Below, one piece after another: positions 1 through 15,000 of a DNA stretch of 64,000 nucleotides. The stretch comes from Eledone cirrhosa (Eukaryota): positions 430,962,001 to 431,026,000 of the forward strand of contig OZ024740.1 of the NCBI GenBank assembly GCA_964016885.1. The letters are read 5' to 3'. Numbering within the stretch: position 1 is the first letter of the stretch; every line of letters begins with the position of its first letter. Both the position numbers and the translations under genes were made by a program. Below the pieces are notes generated by a model that worked only from the letters and a program-made list of their open reading frames with translations, did not search any database and was not told where the DNA came from.

Positions 1-3000
1 GCAGATGATATAGTGTTACTTAACTTAGCAGATGATATAGTCTTACTTAACCAGCAGATAATATAGTGTTACTTAACTGAGCAGATGATATAGTGTTACT
101 TAACTGAGCAGATGATATAGTGTTACTTAACTGAGCAGATGATATAGTGTTACTTAACTTAGCAGATGATATAGTGTTACTTAACTTAGCAGATGATATA
201 GTGTTACTTAACTTAGCAGAAGATATAATGTTACTTAACTTAGCAGATGATATAGTGTACTTAACTTAGCAGATGATATAGTGTTACTTAACTGAGCAGA
301 TGATATAATGTTACTTAACTGAGCAGATGATATAGTGTTACTTAACTTAGCAGATGATATAGTGTTACTTAACTGAGCAGATGATATAATGTTACTTAAC
401 TTAGCAGAAGATATAGTGTTACTTATCTTAGCAGATGATATAGTGTTTCTTAACTTAGCAGATAATATAGTGTTACTTAACTTAGCAGATGATATAATGT
501 TACTTAACTTAGCAGATGATATAGTGTTACTTAACTTAGCAGATGATATAGTGTTACTTAACTTAGCAGATGATATAGTGTTACTTAACTGAGCAGATGA
601 TATAATGTTACTTAACTTAGCAGAAGATATAGTGTTACTTAACTTAGCAGATGATATAGTGTTACTTAACTTAGCAGATGATATAGTGTTACTTAACTGA
701 GCAGATGATATAATGTTACTTAACTTAGCAGAGGATATAGTGTTACTTAACTTAGCAGAAGATATAATGTTTCTTAACTTAGCAGATGATATAGTGTTAC
801 TTAACTTAGCAGATGATATACTGTTACTTAACTGAGCAGATGATATAATGTTACTTAACTGAGCAGATGATATAATGTTACTTAACTTAGCAGAGGATAT
901 AGTGTTACTTAACTTAGCAGAAGATATAATGTTACTTAACTTAGCAGATGATATAGTGTTACTTAACTTAGCAGATGATATACTGTTACTTAACTGAGCA
1001 GATGATATAGTGTTACTTAACTGAGCAGATGATATAATGTTACTTAACTGAGCAGATGATATAGTGTTACTTAACTGAGCAGATGATATAATGTTACTTA
1101 ACTGAGCAGATGATATAGTGTTACTTAGCTTAGCAGATGATATACTGTTACTTAACTTAGCAGATGATATAATGTTACTTAACTGAGCAGATGATATAGT
1201 GTTACTTAACTTAGCAGATGATATAGAGTTACTTAACTGAGCAGATGATATAATGTTACTTAACTTAGCAGATGATATAGTGTTACTTAACTTAGCAGAT
1301 GATATAGTGTTACTTAACTTAGAAGATGATATAGTGTTACTTAACTCAGCAGAAAATATGGTGTTACTTAACTTAGCAGATAATATAGTGTTACTTAACT
1401 GAGCAGATGATATAATGTTACTTAACTTAGCAGATGATATAGTGTAACTTAACTTAGCAGATGATATAGTGTTACTTAACTGAGCAGATGTTATAGTGTT
1501 ACTTAACTGAGCAGATGATATAATGTTACTTAACTTAGCAGATGATATGGTGTTACTTAACTTAGCAGATGATATAATGTTACTTAACTTAGCAGATGAT
1601 ATAGTGTTACTTAACTCAGCAGATGATATAGTGTTACTTAACTGAGCAGATGTTATAGTGTTATTTAACTTAGCAGACGATATAATGTTACTTAACTGAC
1701 GAGATGTTATAGTGTTACTTAACTTAGCAGATGATATAGTGTTACTTAACTTAGCAGATGATATAGTGTTACTTAACTTAGCAGAAGATATAATGTTACT
1801 TAACTTAGCAGATGATATAGTGTACTTAACTTAGCAGATGATATATCTTACTTAACTCAGCAGATGATATATTGTTACTTAACTTAGCAGATGATATAGT
1901 GTTACTTAACTTAGCAGATGATATAGTGTTACTTAACTGAGCAGATGTTATAGTGTTACTTAACTTAGCAGATGATTAGTGTTACTTAACTGAGGAGATG
2001 ATATAGTGTTACTCAACTTAGCAGATGATATAGTGTTACTTAAACTTAGCAGATGATATATGTTACTTAACTCAGCAGATGATATATTGTTACTTAACTG
2101 AGGAGATGATATAGTGTTACTTAACTGAGCAGATGATATAGTGTTACTTATCTGAGCAGATGATATAGTGTTACTTAACTTGGCAGATGATATGGTGTTA
2201 CTTAACTTAGCAGATGATATAATGTTACTTAACTCAGCAGAAGATATGGTGTTACTTAACTCAGCAGATGATATAATGTTACTTAACTGAGCAGATGATA
2301 TAATGTTACTTAACTTAGCAGATGATATAGTGTTACTTAACTGAGCAGATAATATAGTGTTACTTAACTTAGCAGAAAATATAATGTTACTTAACTTAGC
2401 AGATGATATAGTGTTACTTAACTTAGCAGATGATATACTGTTACTTAACTGAGCAGATGATATAGTGTTACTTAACTGAGCAGATGATATAATGTTACTT
2501 AACTGAGCAGATGATATAATGTTACTTAACTTAGCAGAGGATATAGTGTTACTTAACTTAGCAGAAGATATAATGTTACTTAACTTAGCAGATGATATAG
2601 TGTTACTTAACTTAGCAGATGATATACTGTTACTTAACTGAGCAGATGATATAGTGTTACTTAACTGAGCAGATGATTTAATGTTACTTAACTGAGCAGA
2701 TGATATAGAGTTACTTAACTGAGCAGATGATATAATGTTACTTAACTTAGCAGATGATATAGTGTTACTTAACTTAGCAGATGATATAGTGTTACTTAAC
2801 TGAGCAGATGTTATAGTGTTACTTAACTGAGCAGATGATATAATGTTACTTAACTTAGCAGATGATATGGTGTTACTTAACTTAGCAGATGATATAATGT
2901 TACTTAACTTAGCAGATGATATAGTGTTACTTAACTCAGCAGATGATATAGTGTTACTTAACTTAGCAGATGATATAGTTGTACTTAACTGAGCAGATGA

Positions 3001-6000
3001 TATAATGTTACTTAACTTAGCAGATGATATAGTGTTACTTAACTTAGCAGATGATATAGTGTTACTTAACTGAGCAGATGTTATAGTGTTATTTAACTTA
3101 GCAGATGATATAATGTTACTTAACTGACGAGATGTTATAGTGTTACTTAACTTAGCAGATGATATAGTGTTACTTAACTTAGCAGATGATATAGTGTTAC
3201 TTAACTTAGCAGAAGATATAATGTTACTTAACTTAGCAGATGATATAGTGTACTTAACTTAGCAGATGATATATGTTTCTTAACTCAGCAGATGATATAT
3301 TGTTACTTAACTTAGCAGATGATATAGTGTTACTTAACTTAGCAGATGATATAGTGTTACTTAACTGAGCAGATGTTATAGTGTTACTTAACTTAGCAGA
3401 TGATATAGTGTTACTTAACTGAGGAGATGATATAGTGTTACTTAACTTAGCAGATGATATAGTGTTACTTAAACCTAGCAGATGATATATGTTAATTAAC
3501 TCTGCAGATGATATATTGTTACTTAACTGAGGAGATGATATAGTGTTACTTAACTGAGCAGATGATATAGTGTTACTTAACTGAGCAGATGATATAGTGT
3601 TACTTAACTTGGCAGATGATATGGTGTTACTTAACTTAGCAGATGATATAATGTTACTTAACTCAGCAGAAGATATGGTGTTACTTAACTCAGCAGATGA
3701 TATAATGTTACTTAACTGAGCAGATGATATAATGTTACTTAACTTAGCAGATGATATAGTGTTACTTAACTTAGCAGATGATATAGTGTTACTTAATTTA
3801 GCAGATGATATAGTGTTACTTAACCAGCAGATGATATAGTGTTACTTAACTTAGCAGATGATATAGTGTTACTTAACTGAGCAGATAATATAGTGTTACT
3901 TAACTTAGCAGAAAATATAATGTTACTTAACTTAGCAGATGATATAGTGTTACTTAACTTAGCAGATGATATAGTGTTACTTAACTTAGCAGATGATATA
4001 GTGTTACTTAACTCAGCAGATGGTATAGTGTTACTTATCTTAGCAGATGATATAGTGTTACTTAACTTAGCAGATGATATAATGTTACTTAACTGAGCAG
4101 ATGATATAATGTTACTTAACTTAGCAGATGATATAGTGTTACTTAATTAAGTAGATGATATAGCGTTACTTAACCAGCAGATGATATAGTGTTACTTAAC
4201 TTAGCAGATAATATAGTGTTACTAAACTGAGCAGATAATATAGTGTTACTTAACTTAGCAGAAGATATAATGTTACTTAACTTAGCAGATGATATAGTGT
4301 TACTTAACTTAGCAGATAATATAGTGTTACTTAACCAGCAGATGATATAGTGTTACTTAACTTAGCAGATGATATAATGTTACTTAACTTAGCAGATGAT
4401 ATAGTGTTACTTAACTCAGCAGATGATATAGTGTTACTTAACTTAGCAGATGATATAGTGTTACTTAACTTAGCAGATGATATAGTGTTACTTAACTTAG
4501 CAGATGATATGGTGTTACTTAACTTAGCAGATGATATAGTGTTACTTAACTTAGCAGATGATATAGTGTTACTTAATCAGCAGATGATATAGTGTCACTT
4601 AACTTAGCAGATGATATAATGTTACTTAACTTAGCAGATGATATAGTGTTACTTAACTCAGCAGATGATATAGTGTTACTTAACTTAGCTGATGGTATAG
4701 TGTTACTTAACTTAGAAGATCATATAGTGTTACTTAACTTAGCAGAAGATATAATATTATTTAACTTAGCAGATGATATAGTGTTACTTAACTTAGCAGA
4801 AGATATAATGTTACTTAACTTAGCAGATGATATAGTGTTACTTAACTTAGCAGATGATATAGTGTTACTTAACTTAGCAGATGATATAGTGTTACTTAAC
4901 TCAGCAGATGGTAGAGTGTTACTTAACTTAGCAGATGATATAGTGTTACTTAACTTAGCAGATGATATAATGTTACTTAACTCAGCAGATGATATAGTGT
5001 TACGTAACTGAGCAGATGATATAGTGTTACTTAACTTAGCAGATGATATAGTGTTACTTAACTCAGCAGATGATATAGTGTTACTTAACTTAGCAGATGA
5101 TATAGTGTTACTTAACTTAGCAGATGATATAGTCTTACTTAACCAGCAGATAATATAGTGTTACTTAACTGAGCAGCTGATATAGTGTTACTTAACTGAG
5201 CAGATGATATAGTGTTACTTAACTGAGCAGATGATATAGTGTTACTTAACTTAGCAGATGATATAGTGTTACTTAACTTAGCAGATGATATAGTGTTAAT
5301 TAACTTAGCAGAAGATATAACGTTACTTAACTTAGCAGATGATATAGTGTACTTAACTTAGCAGATGATATATGTTACTTAACTCAGCAGATGATATATT
5401 GTTACTTAACTTAGCAGAAGATATAGTGTTACTTAACTTAGCAGATGATATAGTGTTACTTAACCAGCAGATGATATAGTGTTACTTAACTTAGCAGATG
5501 ATGTAATGTTACTTAACTGAGCAGATGATCTAGTGTTACTTAACTCAGCAGATGATATATGTTACTTAACTCAGCAGATGATATATTGTTACTTAACTTA
5601 GCAGATGATATAGTGTTACTTAACTTAGCAGATGGTATAGTGTTACTTAACTTAGCAGATGATATAGTCTTACTTAACCAGCAGATAATATAGTGTTACT
5701 TAACTGAGGAGATGATATAGTGTTACTTAACTAAGCAGATGATATAGTGTTACTTAACTGAGCAGATGATATAATGTTACTTAACTGAGCAGATGATATA
5801 ATGTTACTTAACTGAGCAGATGATATAGTGTTACTTAACTTAGCAGATGATATAGTGTTACTTAACTGAGGAGATGATATAGTGTTACTTAACTTAGCAG
5901 ATGATATAGTGTTACTAAAACTTAGCAGATGATATATGTTACTTAACTCAGCAGATGATATATTGTTACTTAACTTAGCAGATGGTATAGTGTTACTTAA

Positions 6001-9000
6001 CTTAGCAGATGATATAGTCTTACTTAACCAGCAGATAATATAGTGTTACTTAACTGAGGAGATGATATAGCGTTACTTAACTGAGCAGATGATATAGTGT
6101 TACTTAACTGAGCAGATGATATAATGTTACTTAACTTAGCAGATGATATAGTGTTACTTAACTTAGCAGATGATATAGTGTTACTTAACTCAGCAGATGG
6201 TATAGTGTTACTTAACTTAGCAGATGATATAATGTTACTTAACTTAGCAGATGATATAATGTTACTTAACTGAGCAGATGATATAATGTTACTTAACTTA
6301 GCAGATGATATAGTGTTACTTAATTTAGTAGATGATATAGTGTTACTTAACCAGCAGATGATATAGTGTTACTTAACTTAGCAGATAATATAGTGTTACT
6401 TAACTGAGCAGGTAATATAGTGTTACTTAACTTAGCAGAAGATATAATGTTACTTAACTTAGCAGATGATATAGTGTTACTTAACTTAGCAGATGACATA
6501 GTGTTACTTAACCAGCAGATGATATAGTGTTACTTAACTTAGCAGATGATATAATGTTACTTAACTGAGCAGATGATCTAGTGTTACTTAACTCAGCAGA
6601 TGATATAGTGTTACTTAACTTAGCAGATGATATAGTGTTACTTAACTTAGAAGATGATATAGTGTTACTTAACTTAGCAGATGATATAGTGTTACTTAAC
6701 TTAGCAGATGATATGGTGTTACTTAACTTAGCAGATGATATAGTGTTACTTAACTTAGCAGATGATATAGTGTTACTTAACTTAGCAGAAAATATAATGT
6801 TACTTAACTTAGCAGATGATATAGTGTTACTTAACTTAGCAGATGATATACTGTTACTTAACTGAGCAGATGATATAGTGTTACTTAACTGAGCAGATAA
6901 TATAGTGTTACTTAACTTAGCAAAAAATATAATGTTACTTAACTTAGCAGATGATATAGTGTTACTTAACTTAGCAGATGATATACTGTTACTTAACTGA
7001 GCAGATGATATAGTGTTACTTAACTGAGCAGATGATATAATGTTACTTAACTGAGCAGATGATATAATGTTACTTAACTTAGCAGAGGATATAGTGTTAC
7101 TTAACTTAGCAGAAGATATAATGTTACTTAACTTAGCAGATGATATAGTGTTACTTAACTTAGCAGATGATATACTGTTACTTAACTGAGCAGATGATAT
7201 AGTGTTACTTAACTGAGCAGATGATTTAATGTTACTTAACTGAGCAGATGATATAGAGTTACTTAACTGAGCAGATGATATAATGTTACTTAACTTAGCA
7301 GATGATATAGTGTTACTTAACTTAGCAGATGATATAGTGTTACTTAACTGAGCAGATGTTATAGTGTTACTTAACTGAGCAGATGATATAATGTTACTTA
7401 ACTTAGCAGATGATATGGTGTTACTTAACTTAGCAGATGATATAATGTTACTTAACTTAGCAGATGATATAGTGTTACTTAACTCAGCAGATGATATAGT
7501 GTTACTTAACTTAGCAGATGATATAGTTGTACTTAACTGAGCAGATGATATAATGTTACTTAACTTAGCAGATGATATAGTGTTACTTAACTTAGCAGAT
7601 GATATAGTGTTACTTAACTGAGCAGATGTTATAGTGTTATTTAACTTAGCAGATGATATAATGTTACTTAACTGACGAGATGTTATAGTGTTACTTAACT
7701 TAGCAGATGATATAGTGTTACTTAACTTAGCAGATGATATAGTGTTACTTAACTTAGCAGAAGATATAATGTTACTTAACTTAGCAGATGATATAGTGTA
7801 CTTAACTTAGCAGATGATATATGTTTCTTAACTCAGCAGATGATATATTGTTACTTAACTTAGCAGATGATATAGTGTTACTTAACTTAGCAGATGATAT
7901 AGTGTTACTTAACTGAGCAGATGTTATAGTGTTACTTAACTTAGCAGATGATATAGTGTTACTTAACTGAGGAGATGATATAGTGTTACTTAACTTAGCA
8001 GATGATATAGTGTTACTTAAACCTAGCAGATGATATATGTTAATTAACTCTGCAGATGATATATTGTTACTTAACTGAGGAGATGATATAGTGTTACTTA
8101 ACTGAGCAGATGATATAGTGTTACTTAACTGAGCAGATGATATAGTGTTACTTAACTTGGCAGATGATATGGTGTTACTTAACTTAGCAGATGATATAAT
8201 GTTACTTAACTCAGCAGAAGATATGGTGTTACTTAACTCAGCAGATGATATAATGTTACTTAACTGAGCAGATGATATAATGTTACTTAACTTAGCAGAT
8301 GATATAGTGTTACTTAACTTAGCAGATGATATAGTGTTACTTAATTTAGCAGATGATATAGTGTTACTTAACCAGCAGATGATATAGTGTTACTTAACTT
8401 AGCAGATGATATAGTGTTACTTAACTGAGCAGATAATATAGTGTTACTTAACTTAGCAGAAAATATAATGTTACTTAACTTAGCAGATGATATAGTGTTA
8501 CTTAACTTAGCAGATGATATAGTGTTACTTAACTTAGCAGATGATATAGTGTTACTTAACTCAGCAGATGGTATAGTGTTACTTATCTTAGCAGATGATA
8601 TAGTGTTACTTAACTTAGCAGATGATATAATGTTACTTAACTGAGCAGATGATATAATGTTACTTAACTTAGCAGATGATATAGTGTTACTTAATTAAGT
8701 AGATGATATAGCGTTACTTAACCAGCAGATGATATAGTGTTACTTAACTTAGCAGATAATATAGTGTTACTAAACTGAGCAGATAATATAGTGTTACTTA
8801 ACTTAGCAGAAGATATAATGTTACTTAACTTAGCAGATGATATAGTGTTACTTAACTTAGCAGATAATATAGTGTTACTTAACCAGCAGATGATATAGTG
8901 TTACTTAACTTAGCAGATGATATAATGTTACTTAACTTAGCAGATGATATAGTGTTACTTAACTCAGCAGATGATATAGTGTTACTAAAACTTAGCAGAT

Positions 9001-12000
9001 GATATAGTGTTACTTAACTTAGCAGATGATATAGTGTTACTTAACTTAGCAGATGATATGGTGTTACTTAACTTAGCAGATGATATAGTGTTACTTAACT
9101 TAGCAGATGATATAGTGTTACTTAATCAGCAGATGATATAGTGTCACTTAACTTAGCAGATGATATAATGTTACTTAACTTAGCAGATGATATAGTGTTA
9201 CTTAACTCAGCAGATGATATAGTGTTACTTAACTTAGCTGATGATATAGTGTTACTTAACTTAGAAGATCATATAGTGTTACTTAACTTAGCAGAAGATA
9301 TAATATTATTTAACTTAGCAGATGATATAGTGTTACTTAACTTAGCAGAAGATATAATGTTACTTAACTTAGCAGATGATATAGTGTTACTTAACTTAGC
9401 AGATGATATAGTGTTACTTAACTTAGCAGATGATATAGTGTTACTTAACTCAGCAGATGGTAGAGTGTTACTTAACTTAGCAGATGATATAGTGTTACTT
9501 AACTTAGCAGATGATATAATGTTACTTAACTCAGCAGATGATATAGTGTTACGTAACTGAGCAGATGATATAGTGTTACTTAACTTAGCAGATGATATAG
9601 TGTTACTTAACTCAGCAGATGATATAGTGTTACTTAACTTAGCAGATGATATAGTGTTACTTAACTTAGCAGATGATATAGTCTTACTTAACCAGCAGAT
9701 AATATAGTGTTACTTAACTGAGCAGCTGATATAGTGTTACTTAACTGAGCAGACTATATAGTGTTACTTAACTGAGCAGATGATATAGTGTTACTTAACT
9801 TAGCAGATGATATAGTGTTACTTAACTTAGCAGATGATATAGTGTTACTTAACTTAGCAGAAGATATAACGTTACTTAACTTAGCAGATGATATAGTGTA
9901 CTTAACTTAGCAGATGATATATGTTACTTAACTCAGCAGATGATATATTGTTACTTAACTTAGCAGAAGATATAGTGTTACTTAACTTAGCAGATGATAT
10001 AGTGTTACTTAACCAGCAGATGATATAGTGTTACTTAACTTAGCAGATGATATAATGTTACTTAACTGAGCAGATGATCTAGTGTTACTTAACTCAGCAG
10101 ATGATATATGTTACTTAACTCAGCAGATGATATATTGTTACTTAACTTAGCAGATGATATAGTGTTACTTAACTTAGCAGATGGTATAGTGTTACTTAAC
10201 TTAGCAGATGATATAGTCTTACTTAACCAGCAGATAATATAGTGTTACTTAACTGAGGAGATGATATAGTGTTACTTAACTAAGCAGATGATATAGTGTT
10301 ACTTAACTGAGCAGATGATATAATGTTACTTAACTGAGCAGATGATATAATGTTACTTAACTGAGCAGATGATATAGTGTTACTTAACTTAGCAGATGAT
10401 ATAGTGTTACTTAACTGAGGAGATGATATAGTGTTACTTAACTTAGCAGATGATATAGTGTTACTAAAACTTAGCAGATGATATATGTTACTTAACTCAG
10501 CAGATGATATATTGTTACTTAACTTAGCAGATGGTATAGTGTTACTTAACTTAGCAGATGATATAGTCTTACTTAACCAGCAGATAATATAGTGTTACTT
10601 AACTGAGGAGATGATATAGCGTTACTTAACTGAGCAGATGATATAGTGTTACTTAACTGAGCAGATGATATAATGTTACTTAACTTAGCAGATGATATAG
10701 TGTTACTTAACTTAGCAGATGATATAGTGTTACTTAACTCAGCAGATGGTATAGTGTTACTTAACTTAGCAGATGATATAATGTTACTTAACTTAGCAGA
10801 TGATATAATGTTACTTAACTGAGCAGATGATATAATGTTACTTAACTTAGCAGATGATATAGTGTTACTTAATTTAGTAGATGATATAGTGTTACTTAAC
10901 CAGCAGATGATATAGTGTTACTTAACTTAGCAGATAATATAGTGTTACTTAACTGAGCAGGTAATATAGTGTTACTTAACTTAGCAGAAGATATAATGTT
11001 ACTTAACTTAGCAGATGATATAGTGTTACTTAACTTAGCAGATGAGATAGTGTTACTTAACCAGCAGATGATATAGTGTTACTTAACTTAGCAGATGATA
11101 TAATGTTACTTAACTGAGCAGATGATCTAGTGTTACTTAACTCAGCAGATGATATAGTGTTACTTAACTTAGCAGATGATATAGTGTTACTTAACTTAGA
11201 AGATGATATAGTGTTACTTAACTTAGCAGATGATATAGTGTTACTTAACTTAGCAGATGATATGGTGTTACTTAACTTAGCAGATGATATAGTGTTACTT
11301 AACTTAGCAGATGATATAGTGTTACTTAATCAGCAGATGATATAGTGTTACTTAACTTAGCAGATGATATAATGTTACTTAACTTAGCAGATGATATAGT
11401 GTTACTTAACTCAGCAGATGATATAGTGTTACTTAACTTAGCAGATGATATAGTGTTACTTAACTTAGAAGATCATATAGTGTTACTTAACTTAGCAGAA
11501 GATATAATATTATTTAACTTAGTAGATGATATAGTGTTACTTAACTTAGCAGAAGATATAATGTTACTTAACTTAGCAGATGATATAGTGTTACTTAACT
11601 TAGCAGATGATATAGTGTTACTTAACTTAGCAGATGATATAGTGTTACTTAACTCAGCAGATAGTAGAGTGTTACTTAACTTAGCAGATGATATAGTGTT
11701 ACTTAACTTAGCAGATGATATAATGTTACTTAACTCAGCAGATGATATAGTGTTACTTAACTGAGCAGATGATATAGTGTTACTTAACTTAGCAGATGAT
11801 ATAGTGTTACTTAAATCAGCAGATGATATAGTGTTACTTAACTTAGCAGATGATATAGTGTTACTTAACTTAGCAGATGATATAGTCTTACTTAACCAGC
11901 AGATAATATAGTGTTACTTAACTGAGCAGATGATATAGTGTTACTTAACTGAGCAGATGATATAGTGTTAATTAACTGAGCAGATGATATAGTGTTACTT

Positions 12001-15000
12001 AACTTAGCAGATGATATAGTGTTACTTAACTTAGCAGATGATATAGTGTTACTTAACTTAGCAGAAGATATAATGTTACTTAACTTAGCAGATGATATAG
12101 TGTACTTAACTTAGCAGATGATATAGTGTTACTTAACTGAGCAGATGATATAATGTTACTTACCTGAGCAGATGATATAGTGTTACTTAACTTAGCAGAT
12201 GATATAGTGTTACTTAACTGAGCAGATGATATAATGTTACTTAACTTAGCAGAAGATATAGTGTTACTTATCTTAGCAGATGATATAGTGTTTCTTAACT
12301 TAGCAGATAATATAGTGTTACTTAACTTAGCAGATGATATAATGTTACTTAACTTAGCAGATGATATAGTGTTACTTAACTTAGCAGATGATATAGTGTT
12401 ACTTAACTTAGCAGATGATATAGTGTTACTTAACTGAGCAGATGATATAATGTTACTTAACTTAGCAGAAGATATAGTGTTACTTAACTTAGCAGATGAT
12501 ATAGTGTTACTTAACTTAGCAGATGATATAGTGTTACTTAACTGAGCAGATGATATAATGTTACTTAACTTAGCAGAGGATATAGTGTTACTTAACTTAG
12601 CAGAAGATATAATGTTTCTTAACTTAGCAGATGATATAGTGTTACTTAACTTAGCAGATGATATACTGTTACTTAACTGAGCAGATGATATAGTGTTACT
12701 TAACTGAGCAGATGATATAATGTTACTTAACTGAGCAGATGATATAATGTTACTTAACTTAGCAGAGGATATAGTGTTACTTAACTTAGCAGAAGATATA
12801 ATGTTACTTAACTTAGCAGATGATATAGTGTTACTTAACTTAGCAGATGATATACTGTTACTTAACTGAGCAGATGATATAGTGTTACTTAACTGAGCAG
12901 ATGATATAATGTTACTTAACTGAGCAGATGATATAGTGTTACTTAACTGAGCAGATGATATAATGTTACTTAACTGAGCAGATGATATAGTGTTACTTAG
13001 CTTAGCAGATGATATACTGTTACTTAACTTAGCAGATGATATAATGTTACTTAACTGAGCAGATGATATAGTGTTACTTAACTTAGCAGATGATATAGAG
13101 TTACTTAACTGAGCAGATGATATAATGTTACTTAACTTAGCAGATGATATAGTGTTACTTAACTTAGCAGATGATATAGTGTTACTTAACTTAGAAGATG
13201 ATATAGTGTTACTTAACTCAGCAGAAGATATGGTGTTACTTAACTTAGCAGATAATATAGTGTTACTTAACTGAGCAGATGATATAATGTTACTTAACTT
13301 AGCAGATGATATAGTGTAACTTAACTTAGCAGATGATATAGTGTTACTTAACTGAGCAGATGTTATAGTGTTACTTAACTGAGCAGATGATATAATGTTA
13401 CTTAACTTAGCAGATGATATGGTGTTACTTAACTTAGCAGATGATATAATGTTACTTAACTTAGCAGATGATATAGTGTTACTTAACTCAGCAGATGATA
13501 TAGTGTTACTTAACTTAGCAGAGGATATAGTTGTACTTAACTGAGCAGATGATATAATGTTACTTAACTTAGCAGATGATATAGTGTTACTTAACTTAGC
13601 AGATGATATAGTGTTACTTAACTGAGCAGATGTTATAGTGTTATTTAACTTAGCAGATGATATAATGTTACTTAACTGACGAGATGTTATAGTGTTACTT
13701 AACTTAGCAGATGATATAGTGTTACTTAACTTAGCAGATGATATAGTGTTACTTAACTTAGCAGAAGATATAATGTTACTTAACTTAGCAGATGATATAG
13801 TGTACTTAACTTAGCAGATGATATATGTTACTTAACTCAGCAGATGATATATTGTTACTTAACTTAGCAGATGATATAGTGTTACTTAACTTAGCAGATG
13901 ATATAGTGTTACTTAACTGAGCAGATGTTATAGTGTTACTTAACTTAGCAGATGATTAGTGTTACTTAACTGAGGAGATGATATAGTGTTACTCAACTTA
14001 GCAGATGATATAGTGTTACTTAAACTTAGCAGATGATATATGTTACTTAACTCAGCAGATGATATATTGTTACTTAACTGAGGAGATGATATAGTGTTAC
14101 TTAACTGAGCAGATGATATAGTGTTACTTAACTGAGCAGATGATATAGTGTTACTTAACTTGGCAGATGATATGGTGTTACTTAACTTAGCAGATGATAT
14201 AATGTTACTTAACTCAGCAGAAGATATGGTGTTACTTAACTCAGCAGATGATATAATGTTACTTAACTGAGCAGATGATATAATGTTACTTAACTTAGCA
14301 GATGATATAGTGTTACTTAACTGAGCAGATAATATAGTGTTACTTAACTTAGCAGAAAATATAATGTTACTTAACTTAGCAGATGATATAGTGTTACTTA
14401 ACTTAGCAGATGATATACTGTTACTTAACTGAGCAGATGATATAGTGTTACTTAACTGAGCAGATGATATAATGTTACTTAACTGAGCAGATGATATAAT
14501 GTTACTTAACTTAGCAGAGGATATAGTGTTACTTAACTTAGCAGAAGATATAATGTTACTTAACTTAGCAGATGATATAGTGTTACTTAACTTAGCAGAT
14601 GATATACTGTTACTTAACTGAGCAGATGATATAGTGTTACTTAACTGAGCAGATGATTTAATGTTACTTAACTGAGCAGATGATATAGTGTTACTTAACT
14701 GAGCAGATGATATAATGTTACTTAACTGAGCAGATGATATAGTGTTACTTAGCTTAGCAGATGATATACTGTTACTTAACTTAGCAGATGATATAATGTT
14801 ACTTAACTGAGCAGATGATATAGTGTTACTTAACTTAGCAGATGATATAATGTTACTTAACTTAGCAGATGATATAGTGTTACTTAACTTAGCAGATGAT
14901 ATAGTGTTACTTAACTGAGCAGATGTTATAGTGTTACTTAACTGAGCAGATGATATAATGTTACTTAACTTAGCAGATGATATGGTGTTACTTAACTTAG